A stretch of 64,000 nucleotides of DNA. Source: an uncultured Alphaproteobacteria bacterium. Its GTDB lineage: Bacteria > Pseudomonadota > Alphaproteobacteria > RF32 > CAG-239. The stretch spans positions 4,770 through 68,769 of the forward strand of contig CAJTMA010000006.1 in assembly GCA_910577205.1 (NCBI GenBank), written 5' to 3'. The position numbers were made by a program, and so were the translations under genes. This document shows, piece by piece, positions 18,980 to 28,858 of this stretch. Below the pieces are notes generated by a model. That model did not search any database. It was not told where the DNA came from and was given only the letters and a program-made list of their open reading frames with translations. How positions within the stretch are numbered: position 1 is the stretch's first letter; each line of letters opens with the position of its first letter.

Positions 18980-20546
18980 TCATTATCTCCACTGTTCTAA
19001 AACGATAAACTTTAATATTATCTGACCAAAAACTGGGGTTCATTCCCGCTTTAATCTTTAAATTTTTCATAAAATCGGCTTTGTCCGGCAACTCTGCCCA
19101 GACAGAGGGCAAAAATAATCCCTGGCGGTCGCCGTCGCGAATAATGACACCGTCTACACCGGGCTGTATTCGGTTCATTAAATCCGCTTCATTATGGTAA
19201 TGTATGGGTTCAAGACCGGTCAAAAGCGAAACGGAATAGCTCAGGCTGGGGAGTTCGGCTTCGCTTAACGGCTCGAAACGGTTATCTTCCATGGCAGCAC
19301 GATAAGCATTGTCGGCAATATCATGGGCTATGGCGATATGCGGCATAATCGTTCCGATACAGCCGCGCAAATCGCCATTTTTCTTCAAAGTAACAAAGGA
19401 AGCCCCTTTATTAAAAAGGTCGTCAGGGTAGTCTTTGCGCGCCGGGGAAAAATGCTTATGTTCAGCGACAGCTTCCCTTAATGTCCGGGAAACAATTTGC
19501 CGTATTTCACCTTTATAGGTTTCCGCAAAAAGGCGCAGGTTTTCTGTTTCCCTTTCCAGGGCTGAACGCTGCGTATCCTGATGCGGATTTGCTTCGCCGG
19601 AAAAACTCCATGCCCCATAACCAACAACGCGCTCTTTATCTCCGGCGGTATCCCCGGAGTTAACCAGTTCCAGCATTTCCGGGCGAAGGGATTGTTTGCC
19701 GGCAAGCAGTAATGCCGTATTTATCCCTGCTGCGCCGCATGACATATGATTTTCAATTTCCGGCTGTTTGCCGGCTACCATTTCTGCTGTTTTTGTATCC
19801 AATTCTTTGGCTGTTTCATAGTCTTCATAATGCGACAAGTCAGCCGAAACCACCAGCAGAGTATCCGGCTGGCGCAACAAAGGTTCAAGCGCGACAGACA
19901 ATTCCTGCGGAGAGGCATCACCATAAACAACGGGAATTATTTTGAATTTTTTTAATACTTTCTGCAAAAAAGGCAGCTGCACCTCCAGGCTGTGTTCATT
20001 TTTATGCGCCAGATCAAAAAACTTAAATCCGGGTTGGCTGGTCAAAGCAGCGGACAATTCCTTATTTACCTGCACTGCTCCCAGCGGCGTCACAAAATAG
20101 TCAGTTTTAGGCAAAGCCGCTCCTTTAAAGGCAACATGGTGCGACGGCCCTAATAAAATGACATTTTTTATTTTTCCGGCATATTTAGCCAGCCGCCCGT
20201 AAGCTTTCGCGGCGGTTGCTGCTGAATAGATATAGCCGGCATGAGGCACGATAAGGATACGCGGCTGATATTCTGACAGAGAACCGGCTTTAGACAGATA
20301 GTGGGCTACCTCGCTGTCAAGGCGGGTTTTGTCTTCCGAATAAAAAATCCCGGCAACCGCCGGATTACGGTATTGAGCCAATTCATCCTCCTTGGGGCGG
20401 TAATCGGTTATCAATTGCGAATTAGACGAGATATGCGCATCCAGGCTGCAATAGTTCAGCCACAGCACGGCAATTGCCGCCAACGCTATTAAAATATAGT
20501 TCGTCAGCTTTTTATAATCAATGTCGGATTTGTCTTTCATCGGCAC
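18966..20546 (-). CDS. membrane-anchored fusion protein: Memo-like (AmmeMemoRadiSam protein B) plus AMMECR1 domain
   Basis: An N-terminal TM segment (ILIALAAIAVLWL) is followed by Memo motifs (AGIFYSED, ILIVPHAGYIYSAATA, EHSLEVQLPFL, VVSADLSHY, CGAAGI). The C-terminal AMMECR1 region has GASFVTLKKNGDLRGCIGTI and GLFLPSVW. Confidence 0.8.
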   Translation of the reverse strand: MPMKDKSDIDYKKLTNYILIALAAIAVLWLNYCSLDAHISSNSQLITDYRPKEDELAQYRNPAVAGIFYSEDKTRLDSEVAHYLSKAGSLSEYQPRILIVPHAGYIYSAATAAKAYGRLAKYAGKIKNVILLGPSHHVAFKGAALPKTDYFVTPLGAVQVNKELSAALTSQPGFKFFDLAHKNEHSLEVQLPFLQKVLKKFKIIPVVYGDASPQELSVALEPLLRQPDTLLVVSADLSHYEDYETAKELDTKTAEMVAGKQPEIENHMSCGAAGINTALLLAGKQSLRPEMLELVNSGDTAGDKERVVGYGAWSFSGEANPHQDTQRSALERETENLRLFAETYKGEIRQIVSRTLREAVAEHKHFSPARKDYPDDLFNKGASFVTLKKNGDLRGCIGTIMPHIAIAHDIADNAYRAAMEDNRFEPLSEAELPSLSYSVSLLTGLEPIHYHNEADLMNRIQPGVDGVIIRDGDRQGLFLPSVWAELPDKADFMKNLKIKAGMNPSFWSDNIKVYRFRTVEIMSDEN

Positions 20547-20609
20547 AACCTCTCCCTTACCGGATTTTATTGCCAGAATAAGGGAGAGTCATTTAATTTT
20601 TTGCTAATA

Positions 20610-22718
20610 TCAGCGCTTTTGTGCGTTTTTTCTTGCGTTTAGAACGGATATTTCCCGGATATTCAACCGGGCATTTCTATTCTTATGCGTCAAGATGGCA
20701 TAAGAATAAGGGCGCAGGGCATAAGTTTCGCCAGCCTCATGTTCCCGCGGCTCTTTGGCAAACTCGCCGTCAGCCGTATCAAAAACCAGCTGCCATTTGC
20801 CGCCGCCGGGAGGTGACGGCAAGGTATAATCAACCGTGTGATAGTTGTCGCCCGATACCAAAACAAGAAAATCATCATCTTGGGGGCGGCCGTTAGAGCT
20901 GCTGCCGTTGAGCATATACGCACCGGTTTTGGCATAGCCGCAATTCCAATCCGCCGCTTCCATTTCTTTACCGTCCGGACGCAGCCAGGTGATATCTTTC
21001 GCACCATTTGCGGCGACCGGTTTACCATCAAAGAGTTTTAAATCGGTCAACACTGGGTGGCTTTTGCGAAAGGCATTCAAGCGGCAGATATTCAAAAATA
21101 ATTGCTTCTTACGCTCAGAAAGCTCATTCCAATCCAGCCAGACCGTCGTGTCATCAATACAATACGGATTATTATTGGCATCAGAATAGCCGCGCTCATC
21201 ACCGTTGCGCATCAAGGGGATGCCTTTGCTTAAAATATTAAAAGCGATATCGCTGTTGGCTCGCCGGAACAATTCTTCTTCGGTGTAAGATTTGGCATAA
21301 ATATCCGGACTGCCATCCCGTCCCTCTTCGCCATTTGGATAAGTGTTTTTCGGATATTGGTAAGCGCCCAGCAGGCTGAAACCGTCATGGCTGCGCCCTG
21401 TGCCGATAACCGCGCTTTCATTGGCGGCAGGATTGACATTTGACGACCCGGCAACCTGATTGCCAAACTGCCCAATCAGGCCGTTGCGGCTGCTAAAAAA
21501 TTCACCGACAAAGTTTTTACGGGTGTCACTCCATTCTTTAACCCCCGGCACTAAGGCTGCAAAACGACCGCTGAAATTACCGCCCATCGCGCTCCACGGC
21601 TCAACATACATTTCCATCCCCAATTTTTCGGTGGCAAAGCGCAGCTCCTGAATAAATGCGCCATTCTCCTGAAAACGCCCGAAATTATCAAGCGCATTAT
21701 CGCCGCCCAAATCCCAACGGATGCCGTCTACGCCCAGTTTATGCATTAACAGCAGATAATGGCGGAGAATTTCATGCCCGGCCTCGCTGTCTAAATTAAA
21801 ATTATTATCACAGCCCGTCGAATTCATAAATTTCCCGGGGTTATTCCCCTCCTGACGGTAATAATTGGGGCTGTCCAGCAATTTGAATGATAAAGACTGA
21901 TTTCTGTCCCCGGTTGCCGCGTGTTCGCCGGTATGGTTAAACACCGCGTCAACGGTCACTTTCAGACCGGCTTTGTGCAACTTGTTAACAACAGCGGCAA
22001 AGTCTTGCAAATTGCCATACCGGGGATCGATTGCAAAAAAGCAATACGGGTTATAGCCCCAGCTGTCCGTCCGCCCCTCAGTAACAGGGATTTGCCGGCC
22101 GCAACAGGTTGGCGCGATAGGCATAAGCTCAATATTATTAACACCGAGGCGCTCAAAATACTTCAAACTCCAGCTGTCGGCAATCCCTGATAACCTGCCG
22201 CGCTTGTCTTCCGGCAAATGGAAGTTGAGCTTAGAAAAGTTTTTAATATGGGTTTCATAAATTATGTTTTCGCCAGGCGCAAAATGCGGACGCTGCTGCA
22301 AATAAGGATATTTTTCAGAGTCAAAAATGCGGTTCAAATCAACCACAACCGATTTAGGCATAACCGGAGCACTGTCTTCGTGGTTTTCAATCAACAGACG
22401 TTCGGATGTCCAGTCGTCCATGGTTTTGGAAACTTCCAAACTATAAGGGTCGACAGCAAGTTTTGCCGGATTAAAAAACAAACCGCGCGACGGATTATAT
22501 TCTCCGTGTGCGCGGTAACCGTATTTTTGACCGGATTTGATTTCCGGCAGGGTGACTGACCAGATATTGCCTTCCCCTTTTTGCAATTGGATACGGGTTT
22601 CCTCTTTTTCATCCGGCGAAAAGAGGCACAGTTCTATCTTCTCAGCATATTCGGACTTAACACTGAATGTGGTTTGGCCGTTTTGGTAATGTGCTCCTAA
22701 GAAAGGATGATTGCCCAT
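20610..22718 (-). CDS. glgX: glycogen debranching enzyme (isoamylase-type GH13)
   Basis: 702 aa. An N-terminal CBM48-like region precedes GH13 catalytic regions (VDAVFNHTGE, GVDGIRWDLG, EPWSAMGG). Confidence 0.85.
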   Translation of the reverse strand: MGNHPFLGAHYQNGQTTFSVKSEYAEKIELCLFSPDEKEETRIQLQKGEGNIWSVTLPEIKSGQKYGYRAHGEYNPSRGLFFNPAKLAVDPYSLEVSKTMDDWTSERLLIENHEDSAPVMPKSVVVDLNRIFDSEKYPYLQQRPHFAPGENIIYETHIKNFSKLNFHLPEDKRGRLSGIADSWSLKYFERLGVNNIELMPIAPTCCGRQIPVTEGRTDSWGYNPYCFFAIDPRYGNLQDFAAVVNKLHKAGLKVTVDAVFNHTGEHAATGDRNQSLSFKLLDSPNYYRQEGNNPGKFMNSTGCDNNFNLDSEAGHEILRHYLLLMHKLGVDGIRWDLGGDNALDNFGRFQENGAFIQELRFATEKLGMEMYVEPWSAMGGNFSGRFAALVPGVKEWSDTRKNFVGEFFSSRNGLIGQFGNQVAGSSNVNPAANESAVIGTGRSHDGFSLLGAYQYPKNTYPNGEEGRDGSPDIYAKSYTEEELFRRANSDIAFNILSKGIPLMRNGDERGYSDANNNPYCIDDTTVWLDWNELSERKKQLFLNICRLNAFRKSHPVLTDLKLFDGKPVAANGAKDITWLRPDGKEMEAADWNCGYAKTGAYMLNGSSSNGRPQDDDFLVLVSGDNYHTVDYTLPSPPGGGKWQLVFDTADGEFAKEPREHEAGETYALRPYSYAILTHKNRNARLNIREISVLNARKNAQKR

Positions 22719-22797
22719 GCCCGTCTCCTCAAAAAAATTTCAGACTTTAAGATATCCTAAGCCTGATTTGTTAAAAATTCAAGCTTTTCTGTCCAGC

Positions 22798-23466
22798 TTA
22801 AAGAGAATTCAAAACGCGGTAAAATTCTTCAAAACTATTAAAGTAAACAATTTTTGTATCCGGTTCGCCCTCATCTCCCCAGATGGAACGCCCTATCCTT
22901 ATCGGCAGGGCATTGGCCGCCTGAGCAGAATCGCTGTCCATCGGGCTGTCACCAATCATCCAGACTTTCTGCGGCGTTATCTCTTCCGGTTTAAGCAACC
23001 CCTTCAAAGTGTGATATATCTGGTCGGGAAACGGTTTGTCGCGGACAGCCTCATGACCGCAAACCACACGGAAAAACAAGGATGGGTCAAAAAGCAGCGG
23101 CAATTCGATATTCATCAGGCGGCGATCTTTATTGCTCATCACCATCATCGGAATTCCTCGCTTATTAAAAAACTCCAGCACTTTGTGAACTCCGGGGAAT
23201 GTGCTGATTTTCCCACGGACAACGCTGCTGTAGATTTCGACATAGCGTTCATAGGCCTCTGCCGCATTTTCCTCCCCGAAAATCCGGGGGAAATTATCCA
23301 TAAACGAAAGGTTGGGATCACGCTTGTCCCGCACTTGTGTCCAGTCCGGCAAGCCGTATTCGGCTAAAACCCGATTAACCGCCAACACCAGCGTATTACG
23401 GCTTTCGGCCAGCGTATTATCCCAATCAAATATCACATATTGCAATTCAGAAACATTCAGCCGCAT
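22798..23466 (-). CDS. HAD-superfamily hydrolase (phosphoglycolate phosphatase-like)
   Basis: HAD motif I is FDWDNTL. Motif III/IV is MIGDSPMDSDSA. Confidence 0.75.
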   Translation of the reverse strand: MRLNVSELQYVIFDWDNTLAESRNTLVLAVNRVLAEYGLPDWTQVRDKRDPNLSFMDNFPRIFGEENAAEAYERYVEIYSSVVRGKISTFPGVHKVLEFFNKRGIPMMVMSNKDRRLMNIELPLLFDPSLFFRVVCGHEAVRDKPFPDQIYHTLKGLLKPEEITPQKVWMIGDSPMDSDSAQAANALPIRIGRSIWGDEGEPDTKIVYFNSFEEFYRVLNSL

Positions 23467-23519
23467 TTACCCTCACTTTTCGTTGTCAGATAAAAAACCC
23501 TGCCGAAGCAGGGTTTTTA

Positions 23520-24398
23520 TTATTTATTCTCTAGCAAAGCCGTATTCAATGACGGTTTCTTATGTGTCAGAATACTAATCACCTTAACCAGTTCATTTTT
23601 CAGCTCCTGACGAGTGACAACAATGTCAACCATACCGTGCTCACGCAGATATTCGGCACGCTGGAAGCCTTCCGGCAGCTTTTCGCGGATGGTTTGTTCA
23701 ATCACGCGTGCTCCGGCAAAACCGATAATGCAGCCTTTTTCGGCAATATGAACGTCACCCAACATTGCAAAAGAAGCAGAAACACCGCCGGTGGTCGGGT
23801 CAGTCAGGACGGAAATATACGGGATGCCTTTTTCCTTAACCTGATTAATCGCTGCCGTGGTACGCGCCATCTGCATCAAAGACAAAATGCCTTCCTGCAT
23901 ACGAGCGCCGCCTGAGGAAGCGACAATAATCAGCGGATAATTATTGCGGGCAGAAACTTCAGCCGCTTTGACAATCCCTTCGCCGACAGCCATTCCCATA
24001 GAGCCGCCCATGAACGAAAAGTCCATTGCTGCCACAACGCAGGGAATTCCGCCGATGTCGCCCTGCGCAACACGGATGGCATCATTGCTGGAGGTTGCTT
24101 TGCGATATGACTTTATGCGGTCGGTATATCTTTTGGTATCCTTAAACTTCAGCGGATCTTCCTTAGTGCGCGGCAGCGCAATCTCATTAAATTCCCCGTC
24201 AAAAAGCATTTTGAGGCGTTTGTCGACATATAAGCGCAGGTGATGCCCGCAAGAGGTGCAGACATATAGGCTTTTTTTCATTTCTTTAGAAAAGAGCATT
24301 TGTCCACAAATCGGACATTTAACCCACAAATTGTCGGCAATCTCTTTCGGAGTGACTTTTTTAATTTTCGGACGGACGAAGTCAGTTAACCAATTCAT
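23520..24398 (-). CDS. accD: acetyl-CoA carboxylase carboxyltransferase subunit beta
   Basis: The N-terminal zinc ribbon (CPICGQMLF...CTSCGHH) and the carboxyltransferase domain are present. Confidence 0.93.
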   Translation of the reverse strand: MNWLTDFVRPKIKKVTPKEIADNLWVKCPICGQMLFSKEMKKSLYVCTSCGHHLRLYVDKRLKMLFDGEFNEIALPRTKEDPLKFKDTKRYTDRIKSYRKATSSNDAIRVAQGDIGGIPCVVAAMDFSFMGGSMGMAVGEGIVKAAEVSARNNYPLIIVASSGGARMQEGILSLMQMARTTAAINQVKEKGIPYISVLTDPTTGGVSASFAMLGDVHIAEKGCIIGFAGARVIEQTIREKLPEGFQRAEYLREHGMVDIVVTRQELKNELVKVISILTHKKPSLNTALLENK

Positions 24399-24414
24399 CG
24401 TTATACCATTTCAG

Positions 24415-24825
24415 TTAGTTAGCGTCAGGCGTTTCGCTGTCTTTCTTCTTGCGGGAAAAAGCAGCTTTCAGCCTTTCTTTCAAAGAGGGTTTGGGAGCAG
24501 CGGCATGAACAGCTTTAATCGTTTCCAAATTGGTTTGCAACCCGGAAACCTGCTCAGCCAGCTTGCGCTGTTCCTTGTTCAGTTTTTTGTTTTGTTTTTT
24601 CTGCAGGCGCAGAGCTTTGCGAACCGGGGCATAAGACAGCCACATCCACAACAGGCCGAGCAGGAAGCCCAGCAAGATAAAGAAGACGATGGCGACGCTT
24701 TGCGAAACCGTAATTTCAAAGTAAAAGGGCCACAAGTTAAAAGTTGCCAAGTCATTATTCACAAATGCAAATATGAGAATAATGATTAAAATCGGCAAGC
24801 CTATCAACATTTTAATGAAACCCAT
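24415..24825 (-). CDS. lapA: LapA-like (DUF1049) inner-membrane protein
   Basis: 136 aa with two TM helices and a coiled-coil tail. It lies immediately downstream of ihfB, as is common for lapA/yciS. Confidence 0.55.
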   Translation of the reverse strand: MGFIKMLIGLPILIIILIFAFVNNDLATFNLWPFYFEITVSQSVAIVFFILLGFLLGLLWMWLSYAPVRKALRLQKKQNKKLNKEQRKLAEQVSGLQTNLETIKAVHAAAPKPSLKERLKAAFSRKKKDSETPDAN

Positions 24826-24856
24826 GTTTCACCCCTTTCTCTCAAAAATAACGAAA

Positions 24857-25141
24857 TTATTTTTTCGGATTCAGCAGTTCGTGTAATTGTTTTCCGGTTT
24901 TAAAATGAGGAATATTGCGTTCTTCAACCTGAACCTGTTCGCCGGTACGGGGATTTTTAGCTACCCGCGGTGTGCGTTTGCGAATCGAGAAAGCGCCAAA
25001 GCCGCGAAACTCCACCCGTTCGCCGGCAGCCAGAGAGCTGATGATTTTATCAAAAACAACAGCCACAATACGCTCGACGTCTTTCAACATCAGGTGGGGA
25101 TTTTTATTGGCAATTCTTTCAATTAATTCAGATCTAGTCAC
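24857..25141 (-). CDS. ihfB: integration host factor subunit beta
   Basis: 94 aa. [11 protein letters not shown]...[39 protein letters not shown] is the HU/IHF fold signature, and the length matches IHF-beta. Confidence 0.92.
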   Translation of the reverse strand: MTRSELIERIANKNPHLMLKDVERIVAVVFDKIISSLAAGERVEFRGFGAFSIRKRTPRVAKNPRTGEQVQVEERNIPHFKTGKQLHELLNPKK

Positions 25142-25273
25142 GATAATACCTCTTGTTTTTTATATCATTGTTATCCCGGATAAGTTATCCGTTTTTGTTT
25201 TATAAATCAATATCGCAATTTGGCGAAAAGCAAAAATTTTATTAATAAGTTATCCCACATTATTATTTTTGCA

Positions 25274-26407
25274 TTATGAAGCCAGATGCTCAACTCCGAC
25301 CGGCGTTTTGTCATTGCCGAGCTGAATATCTTCAATCCGGCCGATGCGGCGGGAAATCTTGCCGGAAGAAACCTTTATTTCGCCGATGTCGCGTGCCGCC
25401 ATATCAAAATGTTTTCCAAGATTTTCAATACGGTCATCCAGACGAGTAATATCCTCAACCAAGCTGCCGACTTCTTTTTGAATAACACCGGCCATTTCAC
25501 GCATCCGCGCGTCTTTCAAAACGGCACGAACCGTATTGAGCGTTGCCATCAGCGTGGTGGGCGAAACAATCCAGACCTTAGAGCGGTAGGAAGTTTCCAC
25601 CACGTCGGTAAAGTTAGAGTGAAGTTCGGCGTAGATGGCTTCCGATGGTAAAAACATAAGTGCAGATTCTGCCGTTTCACCGGCGATAATATATTTTTCC
25701 GAAATATCTTTAATATGCTTTAACACAGACGCCTTGAAAAAGCGTTCAGCTTCAAGCTTCTCGCGGTCGGTCTGCGCATTGCGTAAGGCCTGGTAACTCT
25801 CCAACGGAAATTTGGAATCAATGACAATCATTCCCGGAGGATTCGGCAGGTTCAACACACAGTCTGCACGCTTCTGATTCCCCAAAACCACCTGAAAGGC
25901 ATAAGCAGAGGGCGGCAAAGCCGAGGTTACCAAATCGTTGAGCTGGATTTCGCCGAACGCGCCGCGCGCCTGTTTGTTAGACAAGACTTCCTGCAAAGAA
26001 ACAACCTGCTCGGACAAACTGGAAATCTTTTGCTGGGCAACATCAATCTTGGCCAGACGTTCACGCAAGTCGTGCAGGGTTTCGGTTGTTTTGGCCGTTG
26101 ACTGCTGCAATCCTTCGCCGACGCTTTTAGTCACAGCCAACAGCTTTTCATCCATAATTTTCAAGACAGAAAGCTTTTGCTCGTTTATCGCATCGGCTAT
26201 CCGGCTTTGCGAGTTCTGGTTATTTTCAGACAGCTGGGATAACCGGCCGGCAAGCTCCGCCTGTCCGCGGAACAATGTATCTGCCAAAGAATTAAGCTGG
26301 CGGCTGTTGTTCCGGCGCAGCAGGATAATCATATTTCCCAGCAGCAACACGGAAACGATGATGCCAAACAGCATTTCCAAAGGCAGATAGTAAGTTCCGA
26401 TTGTCAT
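25274..26407 (-). CDS. rmuC: DNA recombination protein RmuC
   Basis: An N-terminal TM segment is followed by a long coiled coil and the RmuC C-terminal nuclease-like domain. Confidence 0.85.
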   Translation of the reverse strand: MTIGTYYLPLEMLFGIIVSVLLLGNMIILLRRNNSRQLNSLADTLFRGQAELAGRLSQLSENNQNSQSRIADAINEQKLSVLKIMDEKLLAVTKSVGEGLQQSTAKTTETLHDLRERLAKIDVAQQKISSLSEQVVSLQEVLSNKQARGAFGEIQLNDLVTSALPPSAYAFQVVLGNQKRADCVLNLPNPPGMIVIDSKFPLESYQALRNAQTDREKLEAERFFKASVLKHIKDISEKYIIAGETAESALMFLPSEAIYAELHSNFTDVVETSYRSKVWIVSPTTLMATLNTVRAVLKDARMREMAGVIQKEVGSLVEDITRLDDRIENLGKHFDMAARDIGEIKVSSGKISRRIGRIEDIQLGNDKTPVGVEHLAS

Positions 26408-26416
26408 CTCTGCTCC

Positions 26417-27388
26417 TTAGTTTTCCGGCAAATTGCGTCCCATTGCCAAGAACTTGGATGTCCGCTGTTTTTTCAGATCATCACCGCTTAACGGCAGCAA
26501 GTCTTTCAGATGTTTGAGGATACAATCGCCGACTTTTTCAATCGTCGCCTGCGCATCGCGGTGCGCTCCGCCAACCGGTTCTTTAATAATTTCATCAATC
26601 ACGCCAAACTTACGCAAATCCTGCGCAGTCAACCGTAAGGCTTCGGTAGCTTCCTGCACTTTGTCGGCTGAGCGCCAGAGAATCGAAGCGCAGCCTTCCG
26701 GCGAGATGACGGAATAAATTGAGTGTTCCAGCATAAGGATGCGATTGGCCGTTGCAATGGCTATCGCTCCGCCTGAACCGCCCATACCGATAACCACGGA
26801 GATAATCGGCACATGAATCTGCAGGCATTTTTCAATTGAAGAAGCAATTGCTTCGGCTTGTCCGCGGGCTTCAGCGTCAATCCCCGGGAAAGCGCCGTCA
26901 GTATCAACAAAAGCAATAACCGGCATATTAAATTTATCAGCCATATCCATCAGGCGCTGAGCTTTGCGGTAGCCCTCCGGTTTAGCCATACCGAAATTAT
27001 GCTTCATGCGGGTTTCCAAATCCGACCCTTTTTCCTGGCCGATAACCACAACAGAAATATTTTTGAAGCGGCCGATACCGCCAATCATCGCTTCGTCATC
27101 ACCAAACAGGCGGTCACCGCACAGCGGTGTAAAATCTTCAATCAGCGCGTGAACATAATCCAAGCAGTGCGGGCGCTGCGGATGGCGGGAGACCTGAAGT
27201 TTCTGCCACGGTGTCAGACTGGCATATGTCTGCTTTACCTGTTTTTCCAATTTTTGTTCCAAACGAGCCACCTCTTGGGCTATGTCTACATCTTCATCTT
27301 TTGCCAATAATTTAAGCCCTTCTATTTTAGCTTCAATCTCGACAATATTTTTTTCAAAATCCAACACTAAAGTATTGTTGTTACTCAT
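26417..27388 (-). CDS. accA: acetyl-CoA carboxylase carboxyltransferase subunit alpha
   Basis: 323 aa. The N-terminus (LDFEKNIVEIEAKIEGL) and the CT domain are typical of AccA. Confidence 0.93.
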   Translation of the reverse strand: MSNNNTLVLDFEKNIVEIEAKIEGLKLLAKDEDVDIAQEVARLEQKLEKQVKQTYASLTPWQKLQVSRHPQRPHCLDYVHALIEDFTPLCGDRLFGDDEAMIGGIGRFKNISVVVIGQEKGSDLETRMKHNFGMAKPEGYRKAQRLMDMADKFNMPVIAFVDTDGAFPGIDAEARGQAEAIASSIEKCLQIHVPIISVVIGMGGSGGAIAIATANRILMLEHSIYSVISPEGCASILWRSADKVQEATEALRLTAQDLRKFGVIDEIIKEPVGGAHRDAQATIEKVGDCILKHLKDLLPLSGDDLKKQRTSKFLAMGRNLPEN

Positions 27389-27586
27389 GGGTTTTCTCTT
27401 TTAAATTTTAGTCCTGACGGTTTATTATCACAATTAATTCAAAATTTCGACTATTATTTTTATCTATTGTTGATTTTTACCCGGAATATCCCACGAATAC
27501 AGGCTCAACGAAGATTTTAATTGAAATCTCGGGGCAATGGAATAGTATATAGATGGTTTTGGATAAACCGGAAGGAGTTTTCATCA

Positions 27587-28858
27587 GTGTTGGCATTCGC
27601 ATTTTTTGCTTCGGTATTCACATCATTCATGTGGCTGATATACATGATTTTGTATTTGCGCGACAAAGTGGGCAGCGCCGGCTTTAATACGCTGGGATTG
27701 CTTGATATAGCTCTTTATGTTGCCCTGTTAATCCTGCCGATTTGCGTTCTGTGGATGATTTTCGGATATGTTTACCAATACCTGACCTTTCAAAAACAAA
27801 ATCACAATATGCATTCGCTGTTTCAGCAGATGAAAAAGAATCAGGATTATACGGATTTGGTTGCGCGCGTGTTGCTGGAAATGGAGCAAGAACTGAAAGA
27901 CGGCTTTATTCTGAATAAATTTGAACTATTTATTGCCGATATGAATGAGCTGCTGGCCGAAACCATTCAGCGCGGCGCATTGGCCTCTCCCGACCAGATA
28001 GACCGTTTGTGGGCAAAAGTACGCAATGGCGGCAAGTGGGCTTTCGGAAAAGTCATCATCGAGGTTAACGCCAATCAAAACAGCTTTGGTAACCGTCTGG
28101 TCGGCAAAGCGGCGACGGACAGTGTCTTAGCCGGGACGGTTTTAGAGTTTTGCGCCCGCTATCAAAATCTGCTGACGATTTTAGAAAAACACGACAAAGA
28201 GCGAATCTTTTTAGCGGTTATCGAAACCGGCGTTTATGGTAAAGTATACTCAATCTTAGCACCGCTGGCCGGACAAATCCGCAACAGCCGCAACACATTG
28301 CAAGAGAAATCTCCCCTGCGGGCAGAAATGGCCGTCATTGAGGAAGACACGCCGGTTGCATCTCCGCGCTCTCCGGTAATTGACAGGCCGGCTTATTCCC
28401 AGGAAGAAGAACAGCGCAAGTCATTTATTGAAGTTTTTAATCCATTCAAGCGCCGGCAGGCTGATACTGCTCAGGAAGAGCTGAGTTCTCCCGAAGAGAA
28501 AGACCCGTTTTCCGCCGCTTTGGAAAGAAGTTTTGGCACATCAGATGATGAGCCGCCCGCACCACGGCTTTCTCCGCAATTAGCTGTTGATGACGAAATG
28601 CCTGCACCCGTATTGCCCAAGGCCGGAAATGACGATGATGATATGGGCTTCACACACACTCAGCGGGCATTGCACAACCTGAAAAAAGAATGGGAAGAGA
28701 TTAAGGAAATCAGAACCGAAACAGCCGTTTCGCTGTTTGAACGGAAAGAGCCGACCATCAGCGCCCGAAAAGCCCCTGCGGCAGAAAAAGAAGCTAAAGA
28801 CAAGGATTATGCTTATCCTTTCGGCAATTGGACTGACACAGAAAATTATGACAAATAA
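27587..28858 (+). CDS. hypothetical membrane protein with an acidic, Pro-rich C-terminus
   Basis: I chose the GTG start at 27587, which has an AAGGAG RBS 9 nt upstream. There are two N-terminal TM helices. Its stop overlaps the start of the downstream solute-binding-protein gene. Confidence 0.5.
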   Translation: MLAFAFFASVFTSFMWLIYMILYLRDKVGSAGFNTLGLLDIALYVALLILPICVLWMIFGYVYQYLTFQKQNHNMHSLFQQMKKNQDYTDLVARVLLEMEQELKDGFILNKFELFIADMNELLAETIQRGALASPDQIDRLWAKVRNGGKWAFGKVIIEVNANQNSFGNRLVGKAATDSVLAGTVLEFCARYQNLLTILEKHDKERIFLAVIETGVYGKVYSILAPLAGQIRNSRNTLQEKSPLRAEMAVIEEDTPVASPRSPVIDRPAYSQEEEQRKSFIEVFNPFKRRQADTAQEELSSPEEKDPFSAALERSFGTSDDEPPAPRLSPQLAVDDEMPAPVLPKAGNDDDDMGFTHTQRALHNLKKEWEEIKEIRTETAVSLFERKEPTISARKAPAAEKEAKDKDYAYPFGNWTDTENYDK

